In this document: one piece after another, positions 1 through 10,969 of the stretch
Layout: every line of letters starts with the position of its first letter
Position numbering within the stretch: the stretch's first letter is position 1
NCBI GenBank assembly: GCA_964429795.1
Contig: CAYSCW010000003.1
Location: 67,061-131,060 of the forward strand
Reading direction: 5' to 3'
DNA length: 64,000 nucleotides
Source: an uncultured Eubacteriales bacterium
GTDB taxonomy: Bacteria > Acidobacteriota > Aminicenantia > Aminicenantales > Aminicenantaceae
Notes under the pieces: model-generated
The model's input: the letters and a program-made list of their open reading frames with translations, nothing else
Told to the model about the DNA's origin: nothing
Databases searched by the model: none
Position numbers and translations under genes: made by a program

Positions 1-1191
1 CTGGCCGGAGAGAACGGCAGGCGTCTTATTCTCCGCGACGCCAAACAGAGAGAATACCATTTTGAGACTCAAAAAGAACCCAAGCCGGGAACCGATTTGA
101 TCCTGACTATTGATGAAACCATGCAGTACATCGCAGAGAAAGAATTGGAGCAGACTGTCTTGGAGAAGAAGGCAAAATGGGGGACGGTGATTATCTGCCA
201 GCCTTCGACTGGGGAGATCTTAGCCATGGCCAGCTCGCCCTCCTATGATTTGAACAGCTTACCCCATAATCCTCTACTTCTGGACAGGAATCCGGCCATC
301 CATAACATCTTCGATCCTGGCTCGACCTTCAAAATCGTCACCTTTGCGGCAGCCATAGAATCTCAATCCATAGACTTTAACGAAGAATTCGATTGCAGCC
401 TGGGCTTTATTCCTGTTGCCGGAAAAAAATTCATGGATCACAAAAAATTCGGAGTGCTCTCTTTTCCGGAAGTTATTATTCATTCCTCAAACGTAGGAAC
501 GATTCAGGTAGGACAACGTCTGGGCCGCAAAAATCTTTACCAGACCATAAAAGATTTTGGTTTCGGAGAGAAAACAGGAGTCGACCTTCCCGTTGAAGAA
601 AGAGGAATCTTCAACTCTGCTGGCTCCTGGTCCCGACTCTCTCTGGCTTCCCTTTCCATCGGCTATGAAATTTCGGTGACAGCCATTCAGATGCTACAAG
701 CCATAAACACAATCGCCAACGGAGGAGTTGTCACCGCTCCCAGAATAGTCAAAAAAATCTTAGACCCCTCATCAGGAGAAGAAACAAATTTTCGCCGTTT
801 CAAAAGAGTCATCTCTGAGGAAACGGCCCATAACTTGAGGGTTTTGTTGGAGAAAGTTGTCCAAGAAGGAACCGGACAGGCCGCCCAAGTCAAGGGATAC
901 CGAATCATAGGGAAAACGGGAACGGCTCAAAAATTCGATCCCTCCATCAAAGCCTATACATCTTCCGCTCATGTCGCCTCATTCGTTGGCTTCGTGCTTG
1001 TCGAAAAGCCTCTCTTCTCCATAGCTGTGGTTATCGACGATCCTCAAGGCCTGTACTACGGAGGCCAAGTGGCAGCTCCTCTGTTTCAGAAAATCGCCTC
1101 TCGCCTGTTTCAGTACCTTCGCATTCCACCTAAGGACATCCCACAAGAAACCATCATCGCCTCAAAAGCATGGAGTCCCGACCAAAGATGA
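1..1191 (+). CDS. ftsI: Penicillin-binding protein 3 / FtsI transpeptidase, 5' part outside the window
   Basis: Frame is open from base 1. Transpeptidase motifs PGSTFK (SxxK), SSN (SxN) and KTGT. First gene of the dcw cluster. Confidence 0.93.
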   Translation: MAGENGRRLILRDAKQREYHFETQKEPKPGTDLILTIDETMQYIAEKELEQTVLEKKAKWGTVIICQPSTGEILAMASSPSYDLNSLPHNPLLLDRNPAIHNIFDPGSTFKIVTFAAAIESQSIDFNEEFDCSLGFIPVAGKKFMDHKKFGVLSFPEVIIHSSNVGTIQVGQRLGRKNLYQTIKDFGFGEKTGVDLPVEERGIFNSAGSWSRLSLASLSIGYEISVTAIQMLQAINTIANGGVVTAPRIVKKILDPSSGEETNFRRFKRVISEETAHNLRVLLEKVVQEGTGQAAQVKGYRIIGKTGTAQKFDPSIKAYTSSAHVASFVGFVLVEKPLFSIAVVIDDPQGLYYGGQVAAPLFQKIASRLFQYLRIPPKDIPQETIIASKAWSPDQR

Positions 1192-2666
1192 AACTCAAAG
1201 ACGTTTTGGCCGGTGTCCCTGTTTGCGAAATCAGCGGAGATGAAAAAATAGAGATCAAAGGAATCTCGTACACCTCTAAGAAGATCCAAAATGGATTCTT
1301 GTTTGTAGCACTTAGGGGGGAAAGAACACACGGCATCCGACACATCCAAGAAGCTCTCCTCAAAGGGGCTAAAGCTTTTCTCTCTGAAGAACCCGTCCCC
1401 CGAAATTTCCCCGAGACGTGGGTAGAGGCTCCTGATGCCCGGGGAGCCCTGGCTTTATGCTCGGCCAACTTCTACTCTCATCCCTCAAAAAGGATGAAGA
1501 TCGTGGGCATCACTGGCACAAAGGGAAAGACAACGTTGACCTATCTCTTGGAAGCCATACTCAAAACATCTCGTTGTCTTCCCGGAGTGATCGGCACTGT
1601 TTCCTATCGACTTCTGGATAAAGAAATATCTTCCGAGAGAACGACCCCGGAAGCGCCGGACTTACAGAGAATGCTCGCTGAAATGGCGGAGAATGGTGCC
1701 ACTCATTGTCTTATTGAAGTCTCCTCCCATGCCTTGGAATTGAAAAGAGTGGCGGGCATTGAGTTTGATGTGGTGGTCTTTACCAATCTCAGTGGCGAAC
1801 ATCTCGATTATCACCAATCCATGGAGAACTATTTCCAAGCCAAAAAAAAGCTTTTCCTCTTCAATCAGAACAAGAAGAGGATGGCAGTCATAAATACCGA
1901 TGATCCCTGGGGAAAGAAGCTCGTATCCGAAGTTCCCCTGGGTGTCATCACCTATGGTCTTGAATACTCCGCAATCATCCGAGGCGAAAAAATTAAGCTA
2001 AGCGAAGAGGGAGTCAGACTCTCTATCAAGTTCCCTGGAGGAACACTCCCTCTCCGTTCTCCCCTCCTCGGGAAACCCAATCTGTATAACATCCTGGCTG
2101 CAGTTGCTGTAGCGTTGACTCTGAATATTCCCCACCCTGCCATTAAAGAAGGCATCGCGTCCCTAAAAGGAGTTCCAGGACGTTTCGAAAAAATAAAGAA
2201 TTCACTGGGGCTGCATATCTTCGTCGATTACGCGCACACGGACGACGCTTTAAGAAACCTCCTGGAGACCATCCGAGATCAAAGCGCCAACCGAATCATC
2301 CTGGTTTTCGGAGCAGGCGGGGATCGGGATAAAGCCAAAAGAGAGAGAATGGGCCGAGTGGCTGGGGATCTGGCTGACTGGACCATTCTCACCTCAGATA
2401 ATTCTCGATCGGAAGACCCACAGGCTATTATCTTCGACATCGAAAAAGGGATAAAAAAGACTGGTGAAAACAAGTACGAAATCCAATCTGACCGTAGAAA
2501 GGCCATAAATAAAGCACTGGATTTGGGGAAAAAGGGCGACTACATCCTGGTGGCCGGAAAAGGGCATGAAGATTACCAGATTATCGGCGATAAGGTCCTC
2601 CCTTTCAAAGACGCTGAGGTGATAAGAGAAAGTCTCCAAAAAATGGAGGAGCAGGACATTGGTTGA
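1188..2666 (+). CDS. murE: UDP-N-acetylmuramoyl-L-alanyl-D-glutamate--2,6-diaminopimelate ligase
   Basis: GITGTKGKTT P-loop, TTPE, EVSSH, DYAHT and DNSR (DNPR-like) motifs. ATGA overlap with the ftsI stop. Confidence 0.96.
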   Translation: MKLKDVLAGVPVCEISGDEKIEIKGISYTSKKIQNGFLFVALRGERTHGIRHIQEALLKGAKAFLSEEPVPRNFPETWVEAPDARGALALCSANFYSHPSKRMKIVGITGTKGKTTLTYLLEAILKTSRCLPGVIGTVSYRLLDKEISSERTTPEAPDLQRMLAEMAENGATHCLIEVSSHALELKRVAGIEFDVVVFTNLSGEHLDYHQSMENYFQAKKKLFLFNQNKKRMAVINTDDPWGKKLVSEVPLGVITYGLEYSAIIRGEKIKLSEEGVRLSIKFPGGTLPLRSPLLGKPNLYNILAAVAVALTLNIPHPAIKEGIASLKGVPGRFEKIKNSLGLHIFVDYAHTDDALRNLLETIRDQSANRIILVFGAGGDRDKAKRERMGRVAGDLADWTILTSDNSRSEDPQAIIFDIEKGIKKTGENKYEIQSDRRKAINKALDLGKKGDYILVAGKGHEDYQIIGDKVLPFKDAEVIRESLQKMEEQDIG

Positions 2667-4041
2667 ACTTCGTCTGGATCAGATCGCCCGGAAAATCGAG
2701 GGAACCATCCTTCAGGGTTCTCCTTCTCTTTCTTTCCAGAGATTCAACATCGATTCAAGGCAGAGCGAACCCGGAGAACTGTTCTTCGCCCTGGTGGCTC
2801 AGAGAAATGGCCACGATTATGTCCCTCACGCCGTGGAAAAAGGAGCTTCGGGAGCTGTCATCTCTCAAAAACTCTCTCTTCCTGCAAAGGATGTGGGGCT
2901 TATCCTGGTGAAGGATACCCTGACCGCCCTGCAAAGCCTGGCAAAAAAAGTGCTCCAAGAGCATAACATAAAGGTTGTGGGCATCACCGGAAGTTCCGGA
3001 AAAACAACCACCAAGGAGTTCTCTTTCACTCTTCTCAGCTCTTCATACCAGGTTCTTAAATCAGAAGGTAACTTCAACAACCAGTTGGGACTTCCCCTCT
3101 CTCTTCTCCGTTTGAATAATTCTCATCAAGTGGCAGTGCTTGAGATGGCCATGAACCATAAGGGAGAAATCAAAACCCTGACAGAAATCGCACCTCCTGA
3201 TGTGGCTGTTATCACCAACATCAATCCTGTCCATCTTGAATTTTTCAAAAGCATCGATGATATCTCTCTGGCTAAAAGAGAAATCTTGGAGGGGCTGAAA
3301 GAAGGAGGCACAGCAATACTCAACGGCGATGACCCTTATGTGCAGAAAATCGCACCATATTGGAAAGGAGAAAAGATCACCTTTGGCTTCTCTCCAGAAT
3401 GTGATGTTCGTGCTCGGGACATCCAGAAACAAGCCTTGGAGGGCATGCGTTTTAAACTCCTCTACGGCCAAAAGCAAAAGGAGATCCTGTTTCCCTTTTT
3501 CTTGGAAAATTATCTTAATGATTTCCTCGCGGCATCAGCAATAGCCTACTTCTTTTCTCTACCTCTGGATCTCATCCACGATAAGGCTAAATCTTTGAAG
3601 CCGCTCCCTCGGAGAGGGGTTCTTCTCTCCCTGCATGGAAATATTAAACTCTTCGACGAATCATACAACTCCAATCCCATAGCACTGGAGGAAGTCCTCA
3701 AGGGGCTGTCCGACTTCCCTGCCAAGAGAAAAGTTGCTGTCTTGGGAGACATGCTTGAACTGGGGGAGAAGGAAATCGTCTACCACGTTCAAGCCGGAAA
3801 ACAGGTGGCCCAGTGGGGATGGGACTGTTTGGTGACCGTAGGTCCTCTTAGCCGGCATATGGCTGAGGCTGCTCTAACATCGGGAATGAAAAAGGATCAA
3901 ATTTACTCTTACAAAGACTCAACTGAGGCTGCTGATGCTATTCGGGATATTGTCCAGGAAGGAGACTTTATTCTGGTCAAGGGTTCAAGAGGAATTCAAA
4001 CAGAGATAATCGTTGAAAAATTGAAATCAAGAGGAACTTGA
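2659..4041 (+). CDS. murF: UDP-MurNAc-tripeptide--D-Ala-D-Ala ligase
   Basis: GITGSSGKTTTKE, GNFNNQLG, DESYNSNP, GDMLELG and KGSRG motifs. Confidence 0.96.
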   Translation: MVELRLDQIARKIEGTILQGSPSLSFQRFNIDSRQSEPGELFFALVAQRNGHDYVPHAVEKGASGAVISQKLSLPAKDVGLILVKDTLTALQSLAKKVLQEHNIKVVGITGSSGKTTTKEFSFTLLSSSYQVLKSEGNFNNQLGLPLSLLRLNNSHQVAVLEMAMNHKGEIKTLTEIAPPDVAVITNINPVHLEFFKSIDDISLAKREILEGLKEGGTAILNGDDPYVQKIAPYWKGEKITFGFSPECDVRARDIQKQALEGMRFKLLYGQKQKEILFPFFLENYLNDFLAASAIAYFFSLPLDLIHDKAKSLKPLPRRGVLLSLHGNIKLFDESYNSNPIALEEVLKGLSDFPAKRKVAVLGDMLELGEKEIVYHVQAGKQVAQWGWDCLVTVGPLSRHMAEAALTSGMKKDQIYSYKDSTEAADAIRDIVQEGDFILVKGSRGIQTEIIVEKLKSRGT

Positions 4042-4042
4042 T

Positions 4043-5131
4043 ATGCTCTACTATCTTCTGATTCCGCTCAGAGAATATTTTATCTTCTTCAATATCTTCC
4101 GCTATATCACAGTTCGCACCGCCTTGGCAGGGATCACTGCTCTTCTCTTCACGCTTATCTTCGGTTCTCTGATGATAAGACTTTTAAAAAAATATCAGAT
4201 TGGTGAAGAGATCAGGCCTGATGTTCCGCAGACACATACAGGTAAAAGAGGCACTCCCTCCATGGGAGGGATCCTGATCATGGGCTGCACTATCATACCC
4301 ACATTGCTCTGGGGAGATCTGAGAAACACCTATATCTGGTTGGCCATGGCGACCATGGCTTGCTTTGGCCTGTTAGGCTTCTGGGATGATTACCTGAAGA
4401 TCAAGAAGAAAAAGAATTCAGGCCTGATCATCCGACGAAAGCTTCTTCTCCAGGTTATTCTCTCAGGAATCATCGGATTGGTTCTCATATATCTCGGATC
4501 CAGGGGAGAGTTCAATCTTCACCTGGGTGTACCCTTCTTTAAGAAATGGGGTTCTTATCTGGGGTGGTTCTATCTTCCCTGGATTATGTTCATCCTGGTG
4601 GGCTCTTCCAACGCGGTCAACCTCGCCGATGGCCTTGATGGATTGGCCATAGGGCTGACCTTTATCAGTGCCAGCGCATTCACTGCCCTCACCTACACAG
4701 CCGGAAATGCTCTCTGGTCTGAGTATCTTAATATCGTCCTGGTTCCCCAGGCGGCGGAACTGACCATCTTTACCGGAGCCATGTCAGGAGCCTGCCTGGG
4801 ATTTCTCTGGTTCAACTGTCACCCTGCTCAGATCTTCATGGGAGATGTGGGCGCCCTTTCTCTGGGTGGGGCCCTGGGAACAATCGCTATCTTGATCAAA
4901 CAGGAATTCCTTCTCTTCATGGTGGCAGGTGTTTTCATACTGGAAGCTCTATCTGTCCTTCTTCAGGTGGGCTACTTTAAACTGACCGGGGGAAAACGGA
5001 TATTCAAGATGGCGCCACTCCATCATCATTTCGAACTCATCGGATGGTCAGAAGAAAAAATCGTGGTCCGTTTCTGGATTGCGGCTATCATCTTCGCCCT
5101 TTTCAGTCTGACCACCCTCAAGCTAAGGTAA
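4043..5131 (+). CDS. mraY: Phospho-N-acetylmuramoyl-pentapeptide transferase
   Basis: GTPSMGG, DDYLK, NAVNLADGLDGL, FMGDVG and MAPLHHHFE motifs; multiple TM segments. Confidence 0.97.
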   Translation: MLYYLLIPLREYFIFFNIFRYITVRTALAGITALLFTLIFGSLMIRLLKKYQIGEEIRPDVPQTHTGKRGTPSMGGILIMGCTIIPTLLWGDLRNTYIWLAMATMACFGLLGFWDDYLKIKKKKNSGLIIRRKLLLQVILSGIIGLVLIYLGSRGEFNLHLGVPFFKKWGSYLGWFYLPWIMFILVGSSNAVNLADGLDGLAIGLTFISASAFTALTYTAGNALWSEYLNIVLVPQAAELTIFTGAMSGACLGFLWFNCHPAQIFMGDVGALSLGGALGTIAILIKQEFLLFMVAGVFILEALSVLLQVGYFKLTGGKRIFKMAPLHHHFELIGWSEEKIVVRFWIAAIIFALFSLTTLKLR

Positions 5132-5132
5132 G

Positions 5133-6503
5133 ATGGATCTGAAAGGAAAAAAAGTGTTGGTTGTAGGATTGGGAAAGACAGGAGAAGCAGTCTGCAAGTT
5201 CCTCCTCAGCCGAGGGGCCCAGGTAAAAGTGAGCGAGAAGAAGACAGATGAAGAACTCGGGGAAAAAATCTCTCTATGGGTCAATAATGGAGTGACGGTG
5301 GAGACAGGAAGACATCAGCTACAATCTTTCCTCGAAGCAGACCTGATCGTTCCCAGCCCGGGAGTTCCTCCCCTGCCTGAGCTCAAAACCGCGCAGGAGC
5401 GGGGAGTCAAAATCATCTCCGAAATAGAATTAGCTTACAACTTTCTGAGAGGCAAAATCGTGGGAATAACGGGATCCAACGGAAAATCCACCACAGCCTC
5501 CCTTACTCATAAAATCCTCCAAGAAGGAGGGGTGCCATCGTATCTGGGTGGCAACATTGGGACACCATTGATCAGCTTTGTCGATGGAAGCAAAGGCGGC
5601 GACGTCTATGTGACAGAGATTTCTAGCTTCCAGCTCTTCTATATTGAACACTTCAGAGCTTCTGTTTCAGTTTTTCTTAACATTTCTCCAGATCACCTCG
5701 ATTGGCACCCCTCTTTCTCCGACTATTATGAGGCAAAAAAGAAACTCGTCCTTCTCCAGGGAGAAGACGAGAACGCTGTCCTCAACCAAGACGACCCTCT
5801 GGTCTGGAGCCTCCGCAACGAAGCGAAAGCCCGCATCTATGCTTTCAGTCGGGAGAGGAAGGTCTGTCCAGGATGTTACATCCATAAGGGTTGGATCGTC
5901 CTCATCGATACGGATAAGAAAAGAGTGATGAAGACCTCAGAAATCCCTCTTTTTGGCGTGCATAATCTGGAGAATGTGTTGGCCGCCTCTCTGGTGGGGA
6001 ATCTCTTCTCTCTGCCTCACTCTGGAATCAGAGAATCCATCCGAAGCTTTAAAGGGCTGGAACATCGCCTGGAAAAAGTTGCCAATATAAAAGGAGTGGA
6101 TTTCTATAACGATTCCAAGGCCACAAACGTGGATGCCGCCTTGAAATCCATCCTGAGCTTTGATCGCAACATCATCCTTATAGCCGGAGGAAGGGACAAA
6201 GGAGGAGATTTCGAAAAATTGAGGAAGCCTATACAGGAAAGAGTCATAAAAATCATGCTCATAGGGGAGGCCAGACATAAGTTAAAGAAGGCTTTATCCC
6301 ATACCGTTCCCGCCGAGGAAGTCTCCTCCCTGGAAGAGGCAGTAAACAGAGGCTTCTCCCAAGCAAGCCCTGGTGATGTGGTTCTTCTTGCTCCCGCCTG
6401 CACAAGCTTTGACATGTTCGAGAATTTTGAACAGAGAGGCCTCATTTTCAAGCAAGCGGTCTTTAACCTCAAGCAAGCTCTGGAGAGAGAAAAGGAAAAC
6501 TAA
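5133..6503 (+). CDS. murD: UDP-MurNAc-L-Ala--D-glutamate ligase
   Basis: GLGKTG, GITGSNGKSTT, DHLDWH, NDSKATN and LLAPACTSFDMF motifs. Confidence 0.97.
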   Translation: MDLKGKKVLVVGLGKTGEAVCKFLLSRGAQVKVSEKKTDEELGEKISLWVNNGVTVETGRHQLQSFLEADLIVPSPGVPPLPELKTAQERGVKIISEIELAYNFLRGKIVGITGSNGKSTTASLTHKILQEGGVPSYLGGNIGTPLISFVDGSKGGDVYVTEISSFQLFYIEHFRASVSVFLNISPDHLDWHPSFSDYYEAKKKLVLLQGEDENAVLNQDDPLVWSLRNEAKARIYAFSRERKVCPGCYIHKGWIVLIDTDKKRVMKTSEIPLFGVHNLENVLAASLVGNLFSLPHSGIRESIRSFKGLEHRLEKVANIKGVDFYNDSKATNVDAALKSILSFDRNIILIAGGRDKGGDFEKLRKPIQERVIKIMLIGEARHKLKKALSHTVPAEEVSSLEEAVNRGFSQASPGDVVLLAPACTSFDMFENFEQRGLIFKQAVFNLKQALEREKEN

Positions 6504-6504
6504 A

Positions 6505-7617
6505 GTGGAGGTATTCAGGCCCTACGGATTCGACAAGATCCTTTTCGCCACCACTCTCATCCTCATCGGCATCGGCCTGGTCATGGTCTTCAGCTCATCG
6601 GGAGTCTTGGCCAGTGAAAAATACCAGCAGCCCTTTCATTTCCTCATCCATCAGCTCATCGGTGTAGCAGTAGGGCTGGTGATGATTCTGCTCATCCTTC
6701 CCATCAGAAAGCCCGTGTACCAGAATCCATTATTTATTTACGGGCTCCTGCTTATTTCCTTGTTGTTTCTGGCTTCGTGCCTATTCATGCCAGCCCTCGG
6801 GAACACCAATCGCTGGATTTATCTACAGGGTCTGAGATTCCAGCCGTCTGAGCTTTCCAAGATAAGCATGATCCTCTTTCTCAGCCTTTATCTTGAGCGC
6901 AAAAAGGACAGGCTGAATGACTTTCGAACTCTTCTTTTCCCGTTGAGCATCCTCTTTGTGTTCATCCTGTTGATCATCAAGGAGCCTGATTACGGCACCG
7001 CCTTCTTGCTCTTGGTCATCTGTTCCATTATCCTTTTCATAGGAGGGGTTAAGCTGAGACATTTTCTCATACTGGGAATCGTCTCCTCTGTCCTCTTCCT
7101 CTTCTACCTTCTTCAGGCTGATTACAGGATAAACAGAATCTTCGCCTTCATCTCCCCCACTACAGATCCCCAAGGGAACGGTTTTCAGATTATCCAATCG
7201 AAGATGGCCGTCGGTTCAGGAGGACTCTTCGGCGTCAGCATCGGAGAAAGCATCCAGAAGCTTTACTTCCTTCCCTGTGCCCACACGGATTATATCTACG
7301 CTATCGTGGGAGAGGAATTCGGGCTTGTGGGAACCATGGCCATACTCCTCCTCTTTACTATCTTTTTTTGGAGAGGATTGGTCATTTCTCTCAAAGCTCC
7401 GAACCTGTTTAGTCAAATGGCGGCTGCCGGGCTGACCATGGCTGTCTTTTTTCAGGCTTTGCTCAACGTGAGTATTGTTCTGGGCTTAGGTCCTCCGACT
7501 GGAGTTCCGCTGCCTCTGATCAGCTTTGGACGATCATCACTTATCTGTACTCTGCTCAGTATCGGAATTCTCCTCCATATCTCGCAGAGAAAGGGACACA
7601 TGCGAAGGAAAAAATGA
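6505..7617 (+). CDS. ftsW: SEDS peptidoglycan polymerase FtsW
   Basis: RWI..FQPSELSK, EPDYGT, HTDYI..IVGEE and GVPLPLISFG motifs. GTG start at 6505 chosen just after the murD stop. Confidence 0.95.
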   Translation: MEVFRPYGFDKILFATTLILIGIGLVMVFSSSGVLASEKYQQPFHFLIHQLIGVAVGLVMILLILPIRKPVYQNPLFIYGLLLISLLFLASCLFMPALGNTNRWIYLQGLRFQPSELSKISMILFLSLYLERKKDRLNDFRTLLFPLSILFVFILLIIKEPDYGTAFLLLVICSIILFIGGVKLRHFLILGIVSSVLFLFYLLQADYRINRIFAFISPTTDPQGNGFQIIQSKMAVGSGGLFGVSIGESIQKLYFLPCAHTDYIYAIVGEEFGLVGTMAILLLFTIFFWRGLVISLKAPNLFSQMAAAGLTMAVFFQALLNVSIVLGLGPPTGVPLPLISFGRSSLICTLLSIGILLHISQRKGHMRRKK

Positions 7618-8696
7618 GAGCGCGCAGAGTCATAATCAGCGGCGGAGGCACAGCCGGCCACCTCTATCCCGCTTTGGCAGTAGGCCGGAAAATTAAAGAA
7701 AAAGCCCCACATCTTCACCTGACCTATGTGGGAAGCGGGCGAGCTCTGGAGCGAGACATCATGAAACATCATGGAGTCGAGTTCATCCCGCTTAAAATCA
7801 AAGGCATCAAGGGAAAAGGCTGGAAAGCTATCCCATCGCTGCTGCTCCTTCCCTTTTCCTTCAAAAAATCTATCTGGATCCTGCTTCGTAGAAGGCCTCA
7901 TCTGGTGGTAGGCGTAGGCGGTTATAGCTCGGGACCAATCGTGCTGCTGGCATCTTGGCTTCGCATTCCCACACTCATCATGGAGCAAAACCTCAAACCC
8001 GGCTACACCAACCGGCTTCTCATCCCCTGGGTCAGAAAGGCTGTGGTCGCCTTCAAAGGTTCGCTTCCCTTTTTCAGGGAAAAAGGCGCCTTTATGGGCA
8101 ATCCTGTCAGAGACGAATTCTACGGGCTTTCACCCAAAGAAGAAAACGGCAAACTGACTATCCTCATTTTCGGAGGAAGCCAGGGTTCGCATTTCTTGAA
8201 TCAAAGTCTGGTAAGATCGCTTCCTCTTCTCAAAAAGGAAAAAGACAGCCTGAGAATCTTCCATCAGACCGGAAAGGCGGATTGTGAATGGGTCAAACAA
8301 AATTACCAGGAAACGAGCTTCAAAGACGTGGTTGTTGCTTCCTACTTCCATGATATGGCCCAGTTCTTCCAGAAATCCGATCTGATCGTGAGCCGTGCCG
8401 GAGCCACTACCATAGCCGAGCTTATCGCTTCATCGAAGGCGTCTATCCTGATCCCTTTCTCTCAAGCCACAGACAATCATCAGGTCTTGAACGCCCGGGA
8501 GTTGGAACGAGTTGAGGGAGCAGAAGTGATCCTGGAGGAGGAGTTTGACCCTGAGGACTTTTCGCAGAGAATTTTCGAGTATCTCCGCAACAAAGAAAAA
8601 ATACGACGAATAGGAAAAAATCTGGAGACTTTGAGAACCGAGAATACCGCTGAAAGAATCGCCAGCCTTTGTATGGAAATGATGGAGAAAAAGTGA
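7614..8696 (+). CDS. murG: Lipid II GlcNAc transferase MurG
   Basis: GGGTAGH, GGYSSGP, GGSQGS, SRAGATT and HQVLNA motifs. Confidence 0.97.
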   Translation: MRARRVIISGGGTAGHLYPALAVGRKIKEKAPHLHLTYVGSGRALERDIMKHHGVEFIPLKIKGIKGKGWKAIPSLLLLPFSFKKSIWILLRRRPHLVVGVGGYSSGPIVLLASWLRIPTLIMEQNLKPGYTNRLLIPWVRKAVVAFKGSLPFFREKGAFMGNPVRDEFYGLSPKEENGKLTILIFGGSQGSHFLNQSLVRSLPLLKKEKDSLRIFHQTGKADCEWVKQNYQETSFKDVVVASYFHDMAQFFQKSDLIVSRAGATTIAELIASSKASILIPFSQATDNHQVLNARELERVEGAEVILEEEFDPEDFSQRIFEYLRNKEKIRRIGKNLETLRTENTAERIASLCMEMMEKK

Positions 8697-8708
8697 GAGG
8701 AAACCAAA

Positions 8709-10097
8709 GTGGTTAAACAGATTTACAAAAAGTTCAAACACATCCACATGATTGGGATCGGCGGCACAGGAATGAGTGGGATTGCTGAAGTGCTTCTCAA
8801 TCTTGGTTATGAGGTATCGGGAACAGACATCACCCGTAACGAAGCCACAAGGCGACTCAGACGATTGGGCGCAAAAGTCTCCATCGGACACAAGGCGGAA
8901 AAAGTGGAAGGAGCCGATGTGGTGGTGGTTTCTACTGCCATTGGAGAGCAGAACGTGGAGGTGCAGGAATCAAGGCGCAGGAAAATTCCTGTCATACCGC
9001 GGGCAGAGATGCTGGCGGAATTGATGAGGATGAAATACGGAGTTGCAGTTGCCGGCTCCCACGGAAAAACGTCCACCACGTCCATGATTGCCCAAGTCCT
9101 GGAAACAGCTAATTATGATCCGACCATCGTAGTGGGAGGACGCCTCAACACAGTGGGGGGACATGGAAAACTGGGCGAGGGCGACTTCATTGTTGCCGAA
9201 GCCGACGAAAGCGATCGCTCATTCCTCTATCTCTCTCCTTTTATCGCCGTGCTCACCAATTTAGACCAAGAGCACCTTGACTATTACAAAACTCTCGACG
9301 AAATCAAAAACACATTTGTCTATTTCGCCAATAAAGTACCTTTCTTTTGCCCGGTCATCCTCTGCCTCGACGACTCGAACCTCCAGAGCCTGATTCCTTC
9401 GCTCGAGCGCAGGATCATCACTTACGGTTTCTCCACCCAGGCCGACGTGTTCGTTCGAGACCCCCAATTTGAGAGGTTCTCCAGCACTTCCACCGTTTTC
9501 TGGAAAGGGGAGAAGCTGTCTGAATTGAAGCTCAATGTTCCAGGCACCCACAGCATCTACAACGCTATGGCTGCCATCTGCGTAGGGATGGATCTGGAAA
9601 TCCAGCCCTCCCTCATCTTCGAGGGCCTGGAAAAATACAGAGGACCTGGCCGCCGCTTTGAGCTGAAGAAAAAAGTAGGCGAGATTATGATCATCGAGGA
9701 CTACGCTCACCATCCCACTGAGATCAAGGCGACTCTTGAAGCGGCCAAAAAAGGCTGGTCACGCAGGATTGTGGGAATTTTTCAACCCCATAGATACACC
9801 CGCCTCTCTCTTCTGATAAAAAGCTTCAGCACCTCATTCAACCAGGCAGATGTGCTTATCCTTACCGAAATATACCCTGCGGGCGAAAAAACCATTCCCG
9901 GAGTGACGGGAGAGATTCTCTATCAGGAAATCCTCAATTTCGGACATAAGAATGTCCTCTTCGAACCCAAAATGAAGAAAATCCCCTCTCTGGTTAAAAA
10001 GATCGTTCAGCCCGAGGACATGGTCATCATCATGGGAGCAGGAAACATCTATCGCATTATCCCGGATATCATAAAATCTCTGGAAGGAAAAGTGTAA
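8709..10097 (+). CDS. murC: UDP-N-acetylmuramate--L-alanine ligase
   Basis: IGIGGTGMSG, GSHGKTSTT, EADESD, DYAHHPTE and FQPHRYTR motifs. Confidence 0.97.
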   Translation: MVKQIYKKFKHIHMIGIGGTGMSGIAEVLLNLGYEVSGTDITRNEATRRLRRLGAKVSIGHKAEKVEGADVVVVSTAIGEQNVEVQESRRRKIPVIPRAEMLAELMRMKYGVAVAGSHGKTSTTSMIAQVLETANYDPTIVVGGRLNTVGGHGKLGEGDFIVAEADESDRSFLYLSPFIAVLTNLDQEHLDYYKTLDEIKNTFVYFANKVPFFCPVILCLDDSNLQSLIPSLERRIITYGFSTQADVFVRDPQFERFSSTSTVFWKGEKLSELKLNVPGTHSIYNAMAAICVGMDLEIQPSLIFEGLEKYRGPGRRFELKKKVGEIMIIEDYAHHPTEIKATLEAAKKGWSRRIVGIFQPHRYTRLSLLIKSFSTSFNQADVLILTEIYPAGEKTIPGVTGEILYQEILNFGHKNVLFEPKMKKIPSLVKKIVQPEDMVIIMGAGNIYRIIPDIIKSLEGKV

Positions 10098-10099
10098 TC

Positions 10100-10969
10100 A
10101 TGGCAGTAGATCTTCACTCGGCGCTCAAGCTCAGACGAGAGCCTTTCCTCTCTTCCTCTCTTCAATACAGGCGCCGCGGAGAAGGAATCAGAACAAAGAA
10201 GATCCAGAAAAAATTCAAGGTCAAACTGATCCATATCCTGCTGGCTTTCCTGCTTTTAATAGGTCTATTCGTTCTCATCCAGCAGACCTATCTCTTTCTC
10301 ATCACCTGGGACAACCTGAATGTCAGGGGCTTTGAAGTCGACTGCCAAAAGGCAGGGGTCAAGGAAGAAATTGCCGAACTCTTCCAAGGTAAAAAGCTGG
10401 GAAATATCCTCCTGGTCAACATCGACCACCTTCAAAATATGCTAGAGAGGCATAGATGGGTGAAGAATGTTTGCGTGAGAAAGATATTTCCCTCATCCTT
10501 AAGAATAGAAATCCAGGAGAGAATCCCCGCAGCTGTGGTCAAGAAAGACAAGTTTTATCTCATCGACAGAGAAGGCATCCTTCTTGAGGAAACCAATCCC
10601 CAGGAGAGACATGGCCTTCCTCTGCTCACCGATTCCGATGGTTTCGAAAGCCACTACCAGGAGAAACTCAAGTTAGCATGGAAATGTCTGGACAGCCTCC
10701 CCACCCCGGAAAGAGAGCTCATCGAAGTCTTGGACTTGTCGGAATATGCAAATGTGGTAGCCCATCTTAGAGGAGAAGAGATGCGACTGAAACTCGGGGC
10801 CGACCAATTCCCTCAAAAATTGAAGACCTTCAGGCAGTACCAGACTAAGCTGGAGAAATTCGAGCCGCTTGAATATGTTGACCTTCGATTCGAAGACCGT
10901 CTCTACCTCAAACCCCAAAAAGGTTCCAGCGAAGACCCCCTTCCCAATCTCCAAAAGGAGGAAAGATAA
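10100..10969 (+). CDS. ftsQ: Cell division protein FtsQ/DivIB
   Basis: Basic N-terminus, single TM, POTRA-like region (WVKNV.VRKIFPSSL.I.I.ER) and YVDLRFEDR C-terminus. Lies between murC and ftsA. Confidence 0.9.
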   Translation: MAVDLHSALKLRREPFLSSSLQYRRRGEGIRTKKIQKKFKVKLIHILLAFLLLIGLFVLIQQTYLFLITWDNLNVRGFEVDCQKAGVKEEIAELFQGKKLGNILLVNIDHLQNMLERHRWVKNVCVRKIFPSSLRIEIQERIPAAVVKKDKFYLIDREGILLEETNPQERHGLPLLTDSDGFESHYQEKLKLAWKCLDSLPTPERELIEVLDLSEYANVVAHLRGEEMRLKLGADQFPQKLKTFRQYQTKLEKFEPLEYVDLRFEDRLYLKPQKGSSEDPLPNLQKEER